A stretch of DNA of 62,551 nucleotides, counting the filler. It is 18 parts of 18 records of this genome, joined end to end, with 100 filler letters (N's around TTAATTAATTAA, not from the genome) between each part and the next. Parts side by side here need not be neighbours in the genome. Positions count along the whole stretch, not along the records: positions 11,451 to 14,173 come from SRR16133337_64719; positions 14,274 to 16,973 come from SRR16133337_64940; positions 17,074 to 19,204 come from SRR16133337_65405; positions 19,305 to 21,703 come from SRR16133337_65686; positions 21,804 to 28,869 come from SRR16133337_66021; 13 more parts are not named here. The stretch is one strand, 5' to 3'. Under the pieces are notes generated by a model. It did no database searches and was not told where the DNA came from. It saw only the letters and a program-made list of their open reading frames with translations. Position numbers and translations under genes: made by a program. Below are positions 12,251 to 23,256 of the stretch, piece after piece (within the stretch, counting starts at the first letter, position 1; every line of letters begins with the position of its first letter).

Positions 12251-12354
12251 CTTTTGTAAAAACGTTGTATACAACGTTTCTGCAAAAGCAACGTTTCTGC
12301 AAAAGCAATGTTTCTGCAAAAGCAACGTTTCTGTAAAAGTAGCAACGTTTCTAC
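12251..12354. repeat. Imperfect 38-bp REP-like palindrome followed by tandem 17-bp copies of its right arm
   Basis: CTTTTGTAAAAACGTTGTA/TACAACGTTTCTGCAAAAG (2 mismatches). The unit CAACGTTTCTGCAAAAG starts at 12272, 12289, 12306 and 12323, with a partial copy at 12343. Confidence 0.85.
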
Positions 12355-12821
12355 GAAAGAATTTTAGCAATAGAATTGTACAAATCTCCTTTAGAAATAC
12401 GACTTCCTTTTTCTATCAAATCAAACAATTCAACATTGCGTTCTTTGACATAATCTTTAGGTGCATAAAAATACTCCAAACAAGGATTTCCTCCATTAGC
12501 AAGGAACCAATCCATCCCTTTTTGGGTCTGAAAATCAATAGCTTTATTAGATGTTTTTACCATAATACGTTCTATAAGCGTACGTTTACACTTAAATAAG
12601 TTGATGCTGTTTTTTGAATAGTGTTCCAGAAACTCCGTTTTAGTCAATACTTTATCCCAAACTACATCACTAAAAATATTCATTTCCTCTTCAGCTATTG
12701 CTGGTTTTTCTTTTTTCAAAGTCTTCCATTCTTGTGCATCTATCTTCTGAGAAGCTAAAAAAAGAGCAAACTCTTCATGTAATTCTTCAAATTGTTCTTT
12801 GGTAAGTTGTCTGTATTTCAT
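12351..12821 (-). CDS. Conserved Bacteroidota hypothetical protein (DUF6495-like)
   Basis: MKYRQLTKEQFEELHEEF...FSDVVW...ERNVELFDLIEKG. Typical position downstream of rplI. Start placed at 12821. Confidence 0.8.
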   Translation of the reverse strand: MKYRQLTKEQFEELHEEFALFLASQKIDAQEWKTLKKEKPAIAEEEMNIFSDVVWDKVLTKTEFLEHYSKNSINLFKCKRTLIERIMVKTSNKAIDFQTQKGMDWFLANGGNPCLEYFYAPKDYVKERNVELFDLIEKGSRISKGDLYNSIAKILS

Positions 12822-12883
12822 GTTTTGGATATCAGGTATCAAAAGTAAAAAAGGAACTTTTGATTACAAAATCGATAAAATAA

Positions 12884-12917
12884 AAAATCCATCACTCTCA
12901 AAAGAGTGATGGATTTT
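12884..12917 (-). terminator. Rho-independent terminator after rplI
   Basis: 15-bp stem AAAATCCATCACTCT / AGAGTGATGGATTTT with a U-tract on the minus strand. Confidence 0.85.
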
Positions 12918-12937
12918 AAGATTTTCAAGTAATTGAA

Positions 12938-13384
12938 TTATTCTCCTACGATCTCAAAAGGGATTTCAGCAACTACATCTCTATGCAATCTTACAACTGC
13001 ATTATACCTACCTGTTCTTTTGATCAATCCACCCGTTACTTTGATGAATTTTTTATCAATTTTAGTACCTGCTTTAGCAATTGCTTTGGCAACATCAATG
13101 TTAGAAACAGAACCAAATAGTTTTGTTCCTTCACCAACCTTCGCTTTAATTTTAAGCTCTATTGCTTTGAGATCTTCCGCTAATTTAGTAGCCTCTTTCA
13201 CAAGTTTGGTTTCTCTATAAGCACGCTGCTTTAAGTTTTCAGCCAATATTTTTCTAGCAGAACTTGTTGCTAAAACTGCTTGTCCTTGAGGAATTAAAAA
13301 ATTCCTTCCGTATCCGTTTTTTACAGCGACTAAGTCATCTTTAAAACCTAAGTTTTCTACGTCTTTTTTTAATATAACTTCCAT
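12938..13384 (-). CDS. rplI: 50S ribosomal protein L9
   Basis: MEVILKKDVENLG...VKNGYGRNFLIP, KLFGSV. Confidence 0.99.
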   Translation of the reverse strand: MEVILKKDVENLGFKDDLVAVKNGYGRNFLIPQGQAVLATSSARKILAENLKQRAYRETKLVKEATKLAEDLKAIELKIKAKVGEGTKLFGSVSNIDVAKAIAKAGTKIDKKFIKVTGGLIKRTGRYNAVVRLHRDVVAEIPFEIVGE

Positions 13385-13399
13385 GTTGTATCTACTTTA

Positions 13400-13699
13400 T
13401 TATTTTAATAAATCTCCAACATAAGGCATTAAAGCCAAATGGCGTGCTCTTTTAATAGCTACGGATACTTTACGTTGAAATTTTAAAGAAGTTCCTGTTA
13501 AACGACGCGGTAAAATTTTACCCTGCTCATTTACTAAATACATCAAATAATCTGCATCTTTGTAATCAATATACTTGATTCCATTTTTCTTAAATCTGCA
13601 ATATTTAGCCTCTTTTTTAGTATCGATATCTAGTGGAGTAAGATATCTTACATCCCCTTGTTTACTATTCCCTTTTGCTTGTTGATCAATTGATGCCAT
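13400..13699 (-). CDS. rpsR: 30S ribosomal protein S18
   Basis: IDYKD...[10 protein letters not shown]...[13 protein letters not shown]. Confidence 0.99.
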   Translation of the reverse strand: MASIDQQAKGNSKQGDVRYLTPLDIDTKKEAKYCRFKKNGIKYIDYKDADYLMYLVNEQGKILPRRLTGTSLKFQRKVSVAIKRARHLALMPYVGDLLK

Positions 13700-13704
13700 A
13701 ATTC

Positions 13705-14046
13705 TTATTTTTTAGCAGATTTAACACGTTCTCTTCTTTTCTTAGCCCAAGCAACAGCATGTTTATCTAATTTTACCGTTAAATAACGAATAATACTATC
13801 ATCTCTTCTAAATTCGAGTTCAAAAGCAGCTAAGTGCTCACCCGCTAAATTGTACTCAAATAAGTGGTAAAATCCACTTTTTTTCTTTTGGATGGGATAT
13901 GCCAATTTTTTTAGTCCCCAGTTCTCTTTCCAAATCATCTCGGCACCTTTAGAAACAAGATAGTCCTCAAACTTCTGTACTGTTTCCTTTACCTGAACAT
14001 CAGATAAAACGGGATTCAAAATGAAAACAGTTTCGTAATGATTCAT
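13705..14046 (-). CDS. rpsF: 30S ribosomal protein S6
   Basis: [12 protein letters not shown]...[10 protein letters not shown]. Confidence 0.99.
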   Translation of the reverse strand: MNHYETVFILNPVLSDVQVKETVQKFEDYLVSKGAEMIWKENWGLKKLAYPIQKKKSGFYHLFEYNLAGEHLAAFELEFRRDDSIIRYLTVKLDKHAVAWAKKRRERVKSAKK

Positions 14047-14076
14047 AATTTATCTTTTTTAAATTATTTAAGGGTG

Positions 14077-14084
14077 CAAATATA
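14077..14084 (-). promoter_or_regulatory. Bacteroidota -7 promoter element (TAnnTTTG) for the rpsF operon
   Basis: TATATTTG on the minus strand about 30 nt upstream of the rpsF ATG. Confidence 0.75.
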
Positions 14085-14732
14085 AAACTTATTTCTGAAT
14101 ATATACGCTATCTCGGTTTCCAAATTTTTAGTGATTTCTTTTTAATTTTTCATTCTTCATTTTTCATTCTTCANNNNNNNNNNNNNNNNNNNNNNNNNNN
14201 NNNNNNNNNNNNNNNNNTTAATTAATTAANNNNNNNNNNNNNNNNNNNNNNNNNNNNNNNNNNNNNNNNNNNNGGGTGCTTGTGTTGAGTGCCGTCTTGA
14301 AAATATTTTTTGCTACACTAGAAAGTACGTAAAATTCATTCATTGCACGCATCGAACGGCATAGGGTGCTTTTGCTGGAACAATCAACAAGCATACATGA
14401 ACTCTTGTGTAAGGCATCAAGTGAAATTGTAAGAAGGGTCTTCTGAAATTTCACTCTGAAAAATCAATACGATACATTTCAAGGCATTATCCTCCATGTT
14501 TCCAAATGGAAATTCATTTACTACATATTCAAACCAAGCGCAACCCTCGAAAAGATATATAAGCCCACCCACACCGCTCCTGCTATGACTTCCTCCACCT
14601 TATACACACTCTCTTCCACTCGTAGGTGTCGATTTGATCAAAATGGTGGTGGGGTGTGGTTGTGGAGTCTGGCAAAATAATAATACGAATTTGTACTGTA
14701 ACTGCGTAAACATATACATTTTTAACACCTAC

Positions 14733-14922
14733 CAAGGTTTGGATGTGCCATCATCGTTTGGAGGGTGATTGCCATTGTAACAATTGATTTATCTCTTGGC
14801 CAAAATGTGGAAAGTCCAAAGCAAGGTGTGCCACCTTTGTCATGCCCTCTGACATTTGGGTGATAGATTGGCGTATCGAATCGCACATTGGTTGGTAGTG
14901 ACTGTGGAGCACTTCCATCGAG
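14733..14922 (-). CDS. Exon of a divergent ubiquitin-conjugating enzyme (E2/UBC)
   Basis: Not in the ORF track. Reads LDGSAPQSLPTNVRFDTPIYHPNVRGHDKGGTPCFGLSTFWPRDKSIVTMAITLQTMMAHPNL, with the HPN motif, catalytic Cys and Trp, and AG/GT boundaries. Further exons are probable near 14585-14668 and 15786-16050. Confidence 0.8.
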
Positions 14923-17900
14923 CTCAAAAAATACGTGAAAAATTCCCCCGTCATATGGTGTTTCTTTCTATGAACATACCAAAAAATGTTTTTGTAAATG
15001 ATCCACTTGTTCATAGCAATTATTTTAAAATTCTACTGACGTTTTAAATCAATCTCACCATATCTGCTCACTCACCGCATGTACACAACATCCCACCTTT
15101 CAAAGTTATTTTTTAAATTCTTTGACAAACAGATATTTTACAAACCCTACTTAAGTATTTGTAATTTTTTCACGAGCATTTTTATTCCAAGTTTTTTCCA
15201 TTAAAAAAAACACAAATTGAAAAGTGTTACTTCAACACCCATGGCATGTATCCAAAATGCAGAAATATAAAATCGTTGGTGTATTGCTTAATGACAAGAA
15301 TTCAGCAGTTGGATAACAGTTATGTAATTGTTTTTTAAATAATGTCTGCAAATAACTAATAATCCATATGATCAATCGCACTCGCAAAATATCCATTCAT
15401 CACTGGCATATATTAATTCCATTGTTAATCTAAAAAAGCAAAAAATTCAATAAAATTTCTAAATAATACAACTCACATGCAACACACGTTTTTGTTGACA
15501 GCTAAGATATTCACACTTCATTGTGTCGAAGTATTTTCATTTCCCTTGTAATATACGTTTTTAGTGAAATGATGTACAAACTACATAGGGTTTGCCAGTT
15601 ACAGAAAACAAAACAAGTATATTCCGTTCCCTTATTCGATGTTAATAAGACAACAATTGTAAACGTTCAAAGTTTTTCAACACACACACACACACATGTT
15701 TTTGTGTCATGCAATTGAACCAAAAACAACACTTTTCATGATTTAAAACCTTGCTTTTCCGTTTGTTATCCCATGTGGCCATACGAGCAACCAATTTATT
15801 TTCCTTCCCGATGCATGCCGGCCTTGGAGAGTTGGTATAGGAAGACGAGATTTTAGTGTGACATTGATATCAGCTAAGCAAAGTGACGTTTAGTCAAAAT
15901 TAAGAGCTAAGTTCGTATCCACATGTCATAACTTCGAATTCTAGTTTTTCCTTTCCAACTAGCAAATCTCTTTGGCTCAACGAGAATTAGCCGCTTTTCA
16001 GGAGGGATTATTGCGAAGGCGGTCGTGAGCGGAGGTTCTTCGTGGAAGGGGTTAAACAGCCCTGGCACAGGCGGAGAGGGAAGGCTCAAGGTTTTTTAGA
16101 AATATGTAGTGGCCCTTCGGGATAGGAGATCGTCGATCCTTAATAACTAAAGGGTGTGCAGCTTGCGTGACAGTGACACGGAGTTGTCTCACTTCGAAGT
16201 GTGTGAAGACACGGTGCGTAGTTGATCCCAGTGGAGATTGTTTACAATGTATTTGTGGTACGAACTGTAGTTGCATCAAGGAGTTTTGCGGAGAAATAAT
16301 TTTGTGGAGTGATTTTTTACCACACCGCTCTCCATTATTTTCAATCCAATCACCCTCTATCACTACTCCCCAAACGTTTTGCACCGCAATGTTTTTTCAG
16401 ACTTTCCAAAAGTTCTAAATTTTTCAGCGACAAATTTTGATTTGTTGTTTCAATTTGCACTATAAGTCACTACAACATGCTCAAACACACAACTTTCCCT
16501 TCCAAAAAAACTTGTTTCGCGTTCGAACTCTCTTTTCTTAGCTTCGAAAATTGTTTAGCCGCGCTAAGCGACCGTATGTGCCAAACATTAAAGCTAAGAA
16601 AAATTAACACTTTGATCCCAACACAAAGAATTAGCCTCACGAAAATATCACCCCTAAAATTTGTTTTGGGGGGTGATTCATATATCAAATCACACCCCAT
16701 CTATAAAACCTCTGGTGCCTTTGGACGGAAATAGAGCAATCTTAAGCGAAATTTTTTTGCTCTTTACTGTGTTAGAGATGAGATTGTGTCATTTATAATA
16801 CCTTTATTTTTGTTTCTTCCGCTACTTTGATGGGTTTGCGTACTTCCTAGTCCATTCTCTCGATTTTTTATCGTCTCTCGGGACAAATTGAACTCCTAAA
16901 AACCATAGCAGGATTGTTTATTTTAGAAAAGTGTTCAAACTTATAATCCCACAACAAAATAAGTTTCTTTTGTNNNNNNNNNNNNNNNNNNNNNNNNNNN
17001 NNNNNNNNNNNNNNNNNTTAATTAATTAANNNNNNNNNNNNNNNNNNNNNNNNNNNNNNNNNNNNNNNNNNNNAACATATGCCACTCGATACAGCTGAGT
17101 TAAGAAAATATGTTGTCTTTGTTATGCAGCGCAATTTGTTTTTATTGCTCTGTGAAATGACGCAGGCACAATATTAGCTCATTACCAGACGTTTTTATCA
17201 AAAATAGTAAACGAGAAAATATTGACTTTCCTGCCCAAGTTTTCAGTAGGTCCGCTGCTCCTGTTTTTCGCTCGATTCGCTACACAAGTCAATACAGCTG
17301 AGTGTTGCTCGGAAAACGTGATATTCCCAAGAAAAATATTACATTCCCAACAGACGCATAGTGCGAGCTCCATTACACTTTTTATTTCTTCTGACCACAC
17401 AAAATCATTTTTGAAATAACACCACGTCCAGATTTTAAGGGGCGATGTATTTTTTAATTGTACACCATGCCAGCAAGTAAAAATAAGCACAAAAATTTCA
17501 ACCTTATAACTTTGTATTCCAAATTATATTTTAAACACAATGTCTTAAAAACACCACAGCATATTCCAACGTCACAGATGCCTAACGAAACAAAAAGATG
17601 TCTCAACAACAATGTGCATACATTATCCGCAAACATAAACTCATGTGACATTTCGAAAGTAAATGGGCTTTGCTTTATCTGATGTTGCGAATCAAAAGGT
17701 TTGGAGGAAACAAAAAATCAAGCAAAATACATCTAATTCAATCCATCACTAAAATTTATCCAAAAAATATATATTAAATATGGTGTGAAATAAAAATCAA
17801 AACATATCCTACACTCTGAACTACATTTCAACAGATACTATTTACCTGAAATTTGGATGTTCATAGCAACAAAAAGCATTTTAGTATTTTTGTTCCTATT

Positions 17901-18106
17901 TCATCTTAATTCTGTATCCCTTATTTTCTTTGTAAGTATTTTTGAAATTATTTTCAAATTAAGCAAATGCTAAGAACCCACACATTGGTGCAATTTACTG
18001 TGTTCACAAATCTTTGGTGTGGGTTACACGTGCAAAGCCACGGTTGAGAGCAAACAAAGATTCATTTTTCTTGTTTAAACTTTTTTTGAAATTGAACAAT
18101 CATGTT

Positions 18107-18155
18107 GCGAGAGAGAGAGAGAGAGAGAAGAAAGGAATGGTGTGTGTGTGTGTGT
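18107..18155. repeat. (GA)n and (GT)n microsatellites
   Basis: Dinucleotide runs seen directly. Confidence 0.9.
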
Positions 18156-18787
18156 TTGTGAAAGTGGATGTGTGGAAAAGAATATCAAGGTTTCAACAAT
18201 TCAAAAGCCAAAGATACTTACCCTCCCCACATAGGATCCCATATCCTAAAAACATACATACAAAGACATATATAACAATTCTAAAATGAACATTCCTGAA
18301 AATGCAAATATCCAAAACAATACTGGATAATTGACCAAACCTTCACTCAAAAAACAAAACAAAGGGGGGTGTTTGGTGAGAATACAACAATTTTTCAAGT
18401 CACTTTCATTTTAAAGATTGAATCAAACCTAGCGGGTTAGTAACTACAGTGGTGAGCCCATTCTTCTTTTTTCAAAATTAAAACTCTTCTGCGAAAATAA
18501 ATTTGCATCTTGAAAATAGCCGTTACAAGCTACGGTTGTCTCAAAATAGCAGTTATCACCCATCCCCTCCACCACATTCACCACACACCCTACTTTTCCA
18601 TCAAACAAATCACCTTGTGCCAACGCTGTCCATGAGGATGCGGCAAAATTTGGAAAACATTTTTTTCAATAAACGATTTCTCCACAAAAAAAAATAAAAA
18701 TCACAGGGAATAATTTTTCGCATTTTCGTTCTAAACCAATTCTAATTTTCATCTTTCAAAGTTTGGTTTTGGAAAGTGAGAGACCCA

Positions 18788-18860
18788 TTAAGGAGCCATC
18801 CATAAATTACGCAACTCAAAAATTTGCATTATGTTGCCCACCGACCCCCTCCGTAACTTT
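18788..18860 (+). mobile_element. Possible single end of a eukaryotic non-autonomous DNA transposon (Harbinger/PIF-like MITE)
   Basis: TTAA-GGAGCCATCCATAAATTACGCAAC...CCCCCTCCGTAAC resembles the GGGGCCATCCATAAATTACGTAAC terminal repeats I recall from eukaryotic MITEs. No partner end in this contig. Confidence 0.45.
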
Positions 18861-19980
18861 TTCACGCCACCCAGTCCTTTACACACCAAAAATAACAACG
18901 ACAATTGGTGCCATATGAAAATATAGTCCCCACCCACAACATTTTCATATCAAGAAAAATGATTTAGAACACCAAAGTCTGAGGGAAAAGTATTAGTTTC
19001 TGTTAAATTACGGGCAACTACAATACACAACGTAACAATGAATTAACCCGCCACCTAATAAACCCACCCGTTCGAAAATAGGATATTTTAGGTTTTGAGT
19101 TTTTTTTCAAATACCACCCTCCCACACTCCAACCCTCCACTCCCCTACCCCACCCACACTCCACCCTCTCACATCTTTCGATTAAAAAATTTGACATGTA
19201 CTTTNNNNNNNNNNNNNNNNNNNNNNNNNNNNNNNNNNNNNNNNNNNNTTAATTAATTAANNNNNNNNNNNNNNNNNNNNNNNNNNNNNNNNNNNNNNNN
19301 NNNNGGGTAAATGACGCATGTGCCCTTTCTCGAGATCCACTCTACACCACTCCCACACCCACCACTTCAACAGTCTAAATGATAGATTTTCAAAGGGTGG
19401 CGCGGTTCTACTTCGCAAATTTTTCAAATACCCGATTCTTCTATTTTCGAATGTGGTGAAGGTTTATTAATTAATGAAAATTAAAACTTAAAATGTTTTT
19501 CCCAAACCCCGCATTTTCGTAAAATTTCACAAAAAAAGATGAAAAACGTGATGAAACCAAATTTCATAAAAAAACGAAAAACAAATGTATATCAATTTTT
19601 GAAAAATGACACATATTATCACTATTAAAGTGAAAACCCCCAAACTTTTCCAAATTTGAATGCGGAGCGAGGAGATCGGTGCGCGCGGGTGTGTGGGTTT
19701 ATTGATATGTGCTGTATGCATATGTGAAATTTCGTTTTCATATTGATCATCAATCGTGAGATATATGTGTTTTCCACCAGAAACTATTCGAGGTAGAAAT
19801 GCCTTCGTGTTTGTAGTTCAAAAACCATATTGGGAAATGAATCTGCAAGTACAAAATTTGAGAATGTGATCGATTTTGATGTTTAATGACATCCGTTTTT
19901 TTAAAAAACATCTTTTTTCTCTTCCCTCCAGATCGCTTTAAAAAAAGAGCTACAAAAATTATAACATTATTAACTTTTAC

Positions 19981-20208
19981 CTGTACATAAGTTTCGAGAG
20001 GGATCTTCCATCGATCCGCATCTTCTACTATCAAATGTCCCACTGGCCCACATTTTGTTCCTGTTTGTACGTCAAGATCCTCTTCAAACCTCCATATCTT
20101 ATCCACCATAAATTCATGATCGAAAACATCATTAAAAGCGAACGGAGCTTTGTCTCCAAAAGTATTAAATTCCGCCTCAGATCTCAATGGTATAAAATCG
20201 CTGTGTTT
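19981..20208 (-). CDS. Eukaryotic internal exon, unknown protein
   Basis: 228-nt stop-free frame between gttcAG and GTAAAA (KHSDFIPLRSEAEF...PLETYVQ). Confidence 0.45.
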
Positions 20209-21803
20209 CTGAACAGCGAAAAATAAGGGATCAAATAAAAGCGTAAGAAATAAGCCATATTTTTGATTGAAAATTTTTGCTTCCCAAAGCAGAGTTGCAA
20301 TTTTCGTTTATTTCAAACTTATCGAGCCATTTTCTTGATTTACAAAAACGATACGCATTAATGGTGCAACCCACCACTCCCTCGCCAAAAATGCGTCTCT
20401 ATTTTTTTTGAAAACCATTCATAATCACAGTCTTCTAGCATTCGATATAATTTTCAAATTCTACACCTCAGTGATCTAATGCCCCAAAAATCAGCAAAAA
20501 CACCAGAGGCATTCCAAACAAGGACATGAACATGTATCTTTTTCTCCAATATTTTAATTTAATGGAATTACAGCAAACTATAGCAGAGTTTTTGGGTTTT
20601 TTTTTCTTCCAAAAATCATCTTGTTGTGATCCAGGAGGGTCGATGCCCTCATGTCGGACTTTTTTCCTGGTAGGTTAGTCGGCCATTACCCATCGTCCCA
20701 TTCAAGACGCTATGCATTGAGCATTTTTGTTGTTTTTTAATTACTGGATTTATTGTGAGAATAGTCTTGGACTTGCTTCGGCAAATGTTAACAGTTTGAG
20801 TGAGTAGAATTTATCTGCTCTGGAGGGGTATGTGAGGTGTGGTGCGGTAAAGACACCAACCAGCCGAGTTCAAACCCCATACATCTATTTTCTTTTTTCA
20901 ACACCACCAAAAAGTCCTCTTTGCCATTTACCTCATTTTGTTGTACATTGTCGGGATTTTGAGAGGAAAATTCTTCACGAATTTTCTGTCCTAGTGGATT
21001 CAGTAACAAATTTAAGATTTTTCATTTCGAAAAGGTCGGGAAAATCGTTTTCTCAATTTTCGAAACAAGCAACCCCCAAAACAAAACATTTTTAGCACGC
21101 CTTACAATTTCACAAAACAAAAAACTTCACATGTTTCTTGCACAACAAAAATTTTGATGTCATCAAGTGCGAAAAGGAGAAGGTGTGGAGGGCGGTTCAG
21201 TGCCAGCATTGAGTTTCAAAAGGCACAAAAAAGTAAGCCGCAAGAGTCGAATTTTTGTGTTTTGTGTCATCGTGAAACACCACACCTTAGAAAAACCCCC
21301 GCAAACATTAAATTCGACAAAGTTGGCTTTTCAAAAAAGAGTTTCACATGACAAAAACATCAGTGGAAATTAAAATTTCAGCCCAATTAGCGGAACTTTT
21401 TATTATTATTTCTTTACAAAAAGCAGACGACTATTTGGGGGTGTCTACAAATTCGTGCTTGAAAAGCGAATCGGTGATCTGTGCAGATATTTCTGATGCA
21501 GGAAAAATTTGAGCATAAAACGTCTTTTAGCTTTGTGTGAAAAACCCAAAGTGTGCCATAAAGGCTCTAATCAACAAGGATATGTGCATCCATTTTCGAA
21601 ATTCACCAAAAATTAAATTAAATGTCGCGCGGAATTATTTAAAATGTTTTGTACAGGCACGGTTTATACAGGCTATAAATGTTCGATTTTCAAAGGGGTG
21701 TGGNNNNNNNNNNNNNNNNNNNNNNNNNNNNNNNNNNNNNNNNNNNNTTAATTAATTAANNNNNNNNNNNNNNNNNNNNNNNNNNNNNNNNNNNNNNNNN
21801 NNN

Positions 21804-21912
21804 GTTGAATAATTTCTTCAATATTGTTATCTGATACCCCAATATCATTAATGCCATTATCCTCCTGGCATGATATAAAAAGTAAAGAGAGAATTATTAG
21901 AAGTTTGTCCAT
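21804..21912 (-). CDS. Lipoprotein N-terminus (3'-truncated by contig end)
   Basis: MDKLLIILSLLFISC lipobox, 15 nt after the MBL gene stop. Confidence 0.7.
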
Positions 21913-21927
21913 TTTCTACATTCTGTA

Positions 21928-23178
21928 TTAATCTTTTGATATGTAGGGACCAAACTTTTGCTTTAAACCATACTCATCTTCTGTTTCCTTTAAAACAAAA
22001 ACATCGAATGTATCTCCGTTTGGATAAACCCTAATAAAGAAATGTCCCTTAGTACTCTTATATACCTTATCTACATGGCGTCCATACCATTTTTTTATTT
22101 CATCACCCATATAAGGGCTGAACACGTCCGCCTTACTTTTCTTAAGATTGTATTGCACATTCTCAGCAAAGTGAGGGTCATGCAAGCTTTGGTGCGCAAT
22201 TACCTGAGGGTTCATTTTGTTTAAGAAATAGGCATTTGTAGCATCTTTATGACCATGATGGTCCAGTGTAAGTGCATCAACATTTCCAAGGATATTCGCA
22301 ACAGGTGTTTCTATGTCATAATCGGGATAATCATTGGTTCCAGGAATATCTCCCCCAACATAATAGTCAAATTTGCCATAGGTAATTTTAAGCCCTAAAC
22401 TTAAAGGGTTCTCATTATAATAGCCCTTATGATTTACCAATGGAGGTTCAAATTGATATTTGCCAACTCCATCTCCCTTTCCTGTCCATACCAAATCATT
22501 TACTTTCACGTTTCTCACTTCAAAATTTTTAAACTTTCCAGGCTGATACAAGGGTATTATTTGCTTGTTGGTACCAGGAACCAGTTGTTCGGCTTTCATA
22601 CTGGATTCTTTTTGGTGATGAATGATAAACTTCAAATAGTTAATCATGGTTTCATCAACCTTTTCATTGGGTTTTCTTAAATCATACGGATAGTTGTAAT
22701 TTGGATAGGCCCTATCTATCAATATCCTAAAAGGGATTAAATCGCCTACCGCAGTAATACCCGTTAGCTTGTAAGCTCCATTTTTTGAGGTGGGCGTATT
22801 TGCGGTTACTTCCCCATAATGGTCATTGTGAAAATGTGAGATCAAACTATAGTCAATCGTGTCTCTAGGAGAAAAGAATTTTATGTAGTTGGCAATTCGT
22901 TCTCCAGTGGAAATATCTTTGTTGTCCAGTGGAGGATAATACGGATGGTCTTTTCTTTGTTTGGCATCACCTGCATCAAACAATAACGAGGTGCCATCGG
23001 GAAATACCATAAAAGATACATTACCTCTTCCGGAATGGATGAAATGGATATCTAAATAACCTTCTTTCCAACTTAATTCACCCATATCAATTACGGAAGA
23101 CTGGGCTATTGTATTGGTAAGACTAGCCACGAATATAATTGATAGCAATAGCCTATTTATATAATGATAATGTCTCAT
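21928..23178 (-). CDS. Secreted metallo-beta-lactamase-fold hydrolase (ComEC/Rec2 C-terminal-like)
   Basis: Signal peptide, LDIHFI...DAG, ISHFHNDHYG (HxHxDH), NENPLS, GGD and HHGH motifs. Confidence 0.85.
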   Translation of the reverse strand: MRHYHYINRLLLSIIFVASLTNTIAQSSVIDMGELSWKEGYLDIHFIHSGRGNVSFMVFPDGTSLLFDAGDAKQRKDHPYYPPLDNKDISTGERIANYIKFFSPRDTIDYSLISHFHNDHYGEVTANTPTSKNGAYKLTGITAVGDLIPFRILIDRAYPNYNYPYDLRKPNEKVDETMINYLKFIIHHQKESSMKAEQLVPGTNKQIIPLYQPGKFKNFEVRNVKVNDLVWTGKGDGVGKYQFEPPLVNHKGYYNENPLSLGLKITYGKFDYYVGGDIPGTNDYPDYDIETPVANILGNVDALTLDHHGHKDATNAYFLNKMNPQVIAHQSLHDPHFAENVQYNLKKSKADVFSPYMGDEIKKWYGRHVDKVYKSTKGHFFIRVYPNGDTFDVFVLKETEDEYGLKQKFGPYISKD

Positions 23179-23256
23179 AATAAACTTACAAAGAGATAAG
23201 AAGCCTTTTGACCCATAAATAATTTTGGCCAAAAGGTTTCTTTTAAAGATTGAACA

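Noticed and set aside
12272..12354. CRISPR array
   Set aside because: Units are 17 bp and directly adjacent, with no unique spacers and no cas genes in the window.
8188..14273. Bacterial DNA integrated into a eukaryotic chromosome
   Set aside because: Every bacterial-eukaryotic junction is an artificial linker, so there is no evidence of physical linkage.
16167..16418. Cys-rich plus-strand ORF as a CXC/tesmin domain
   Set aside because: Cys spacing does not fit well, there are no convincing splice sites, and it lies opposite the 5' region of the E2 gene.
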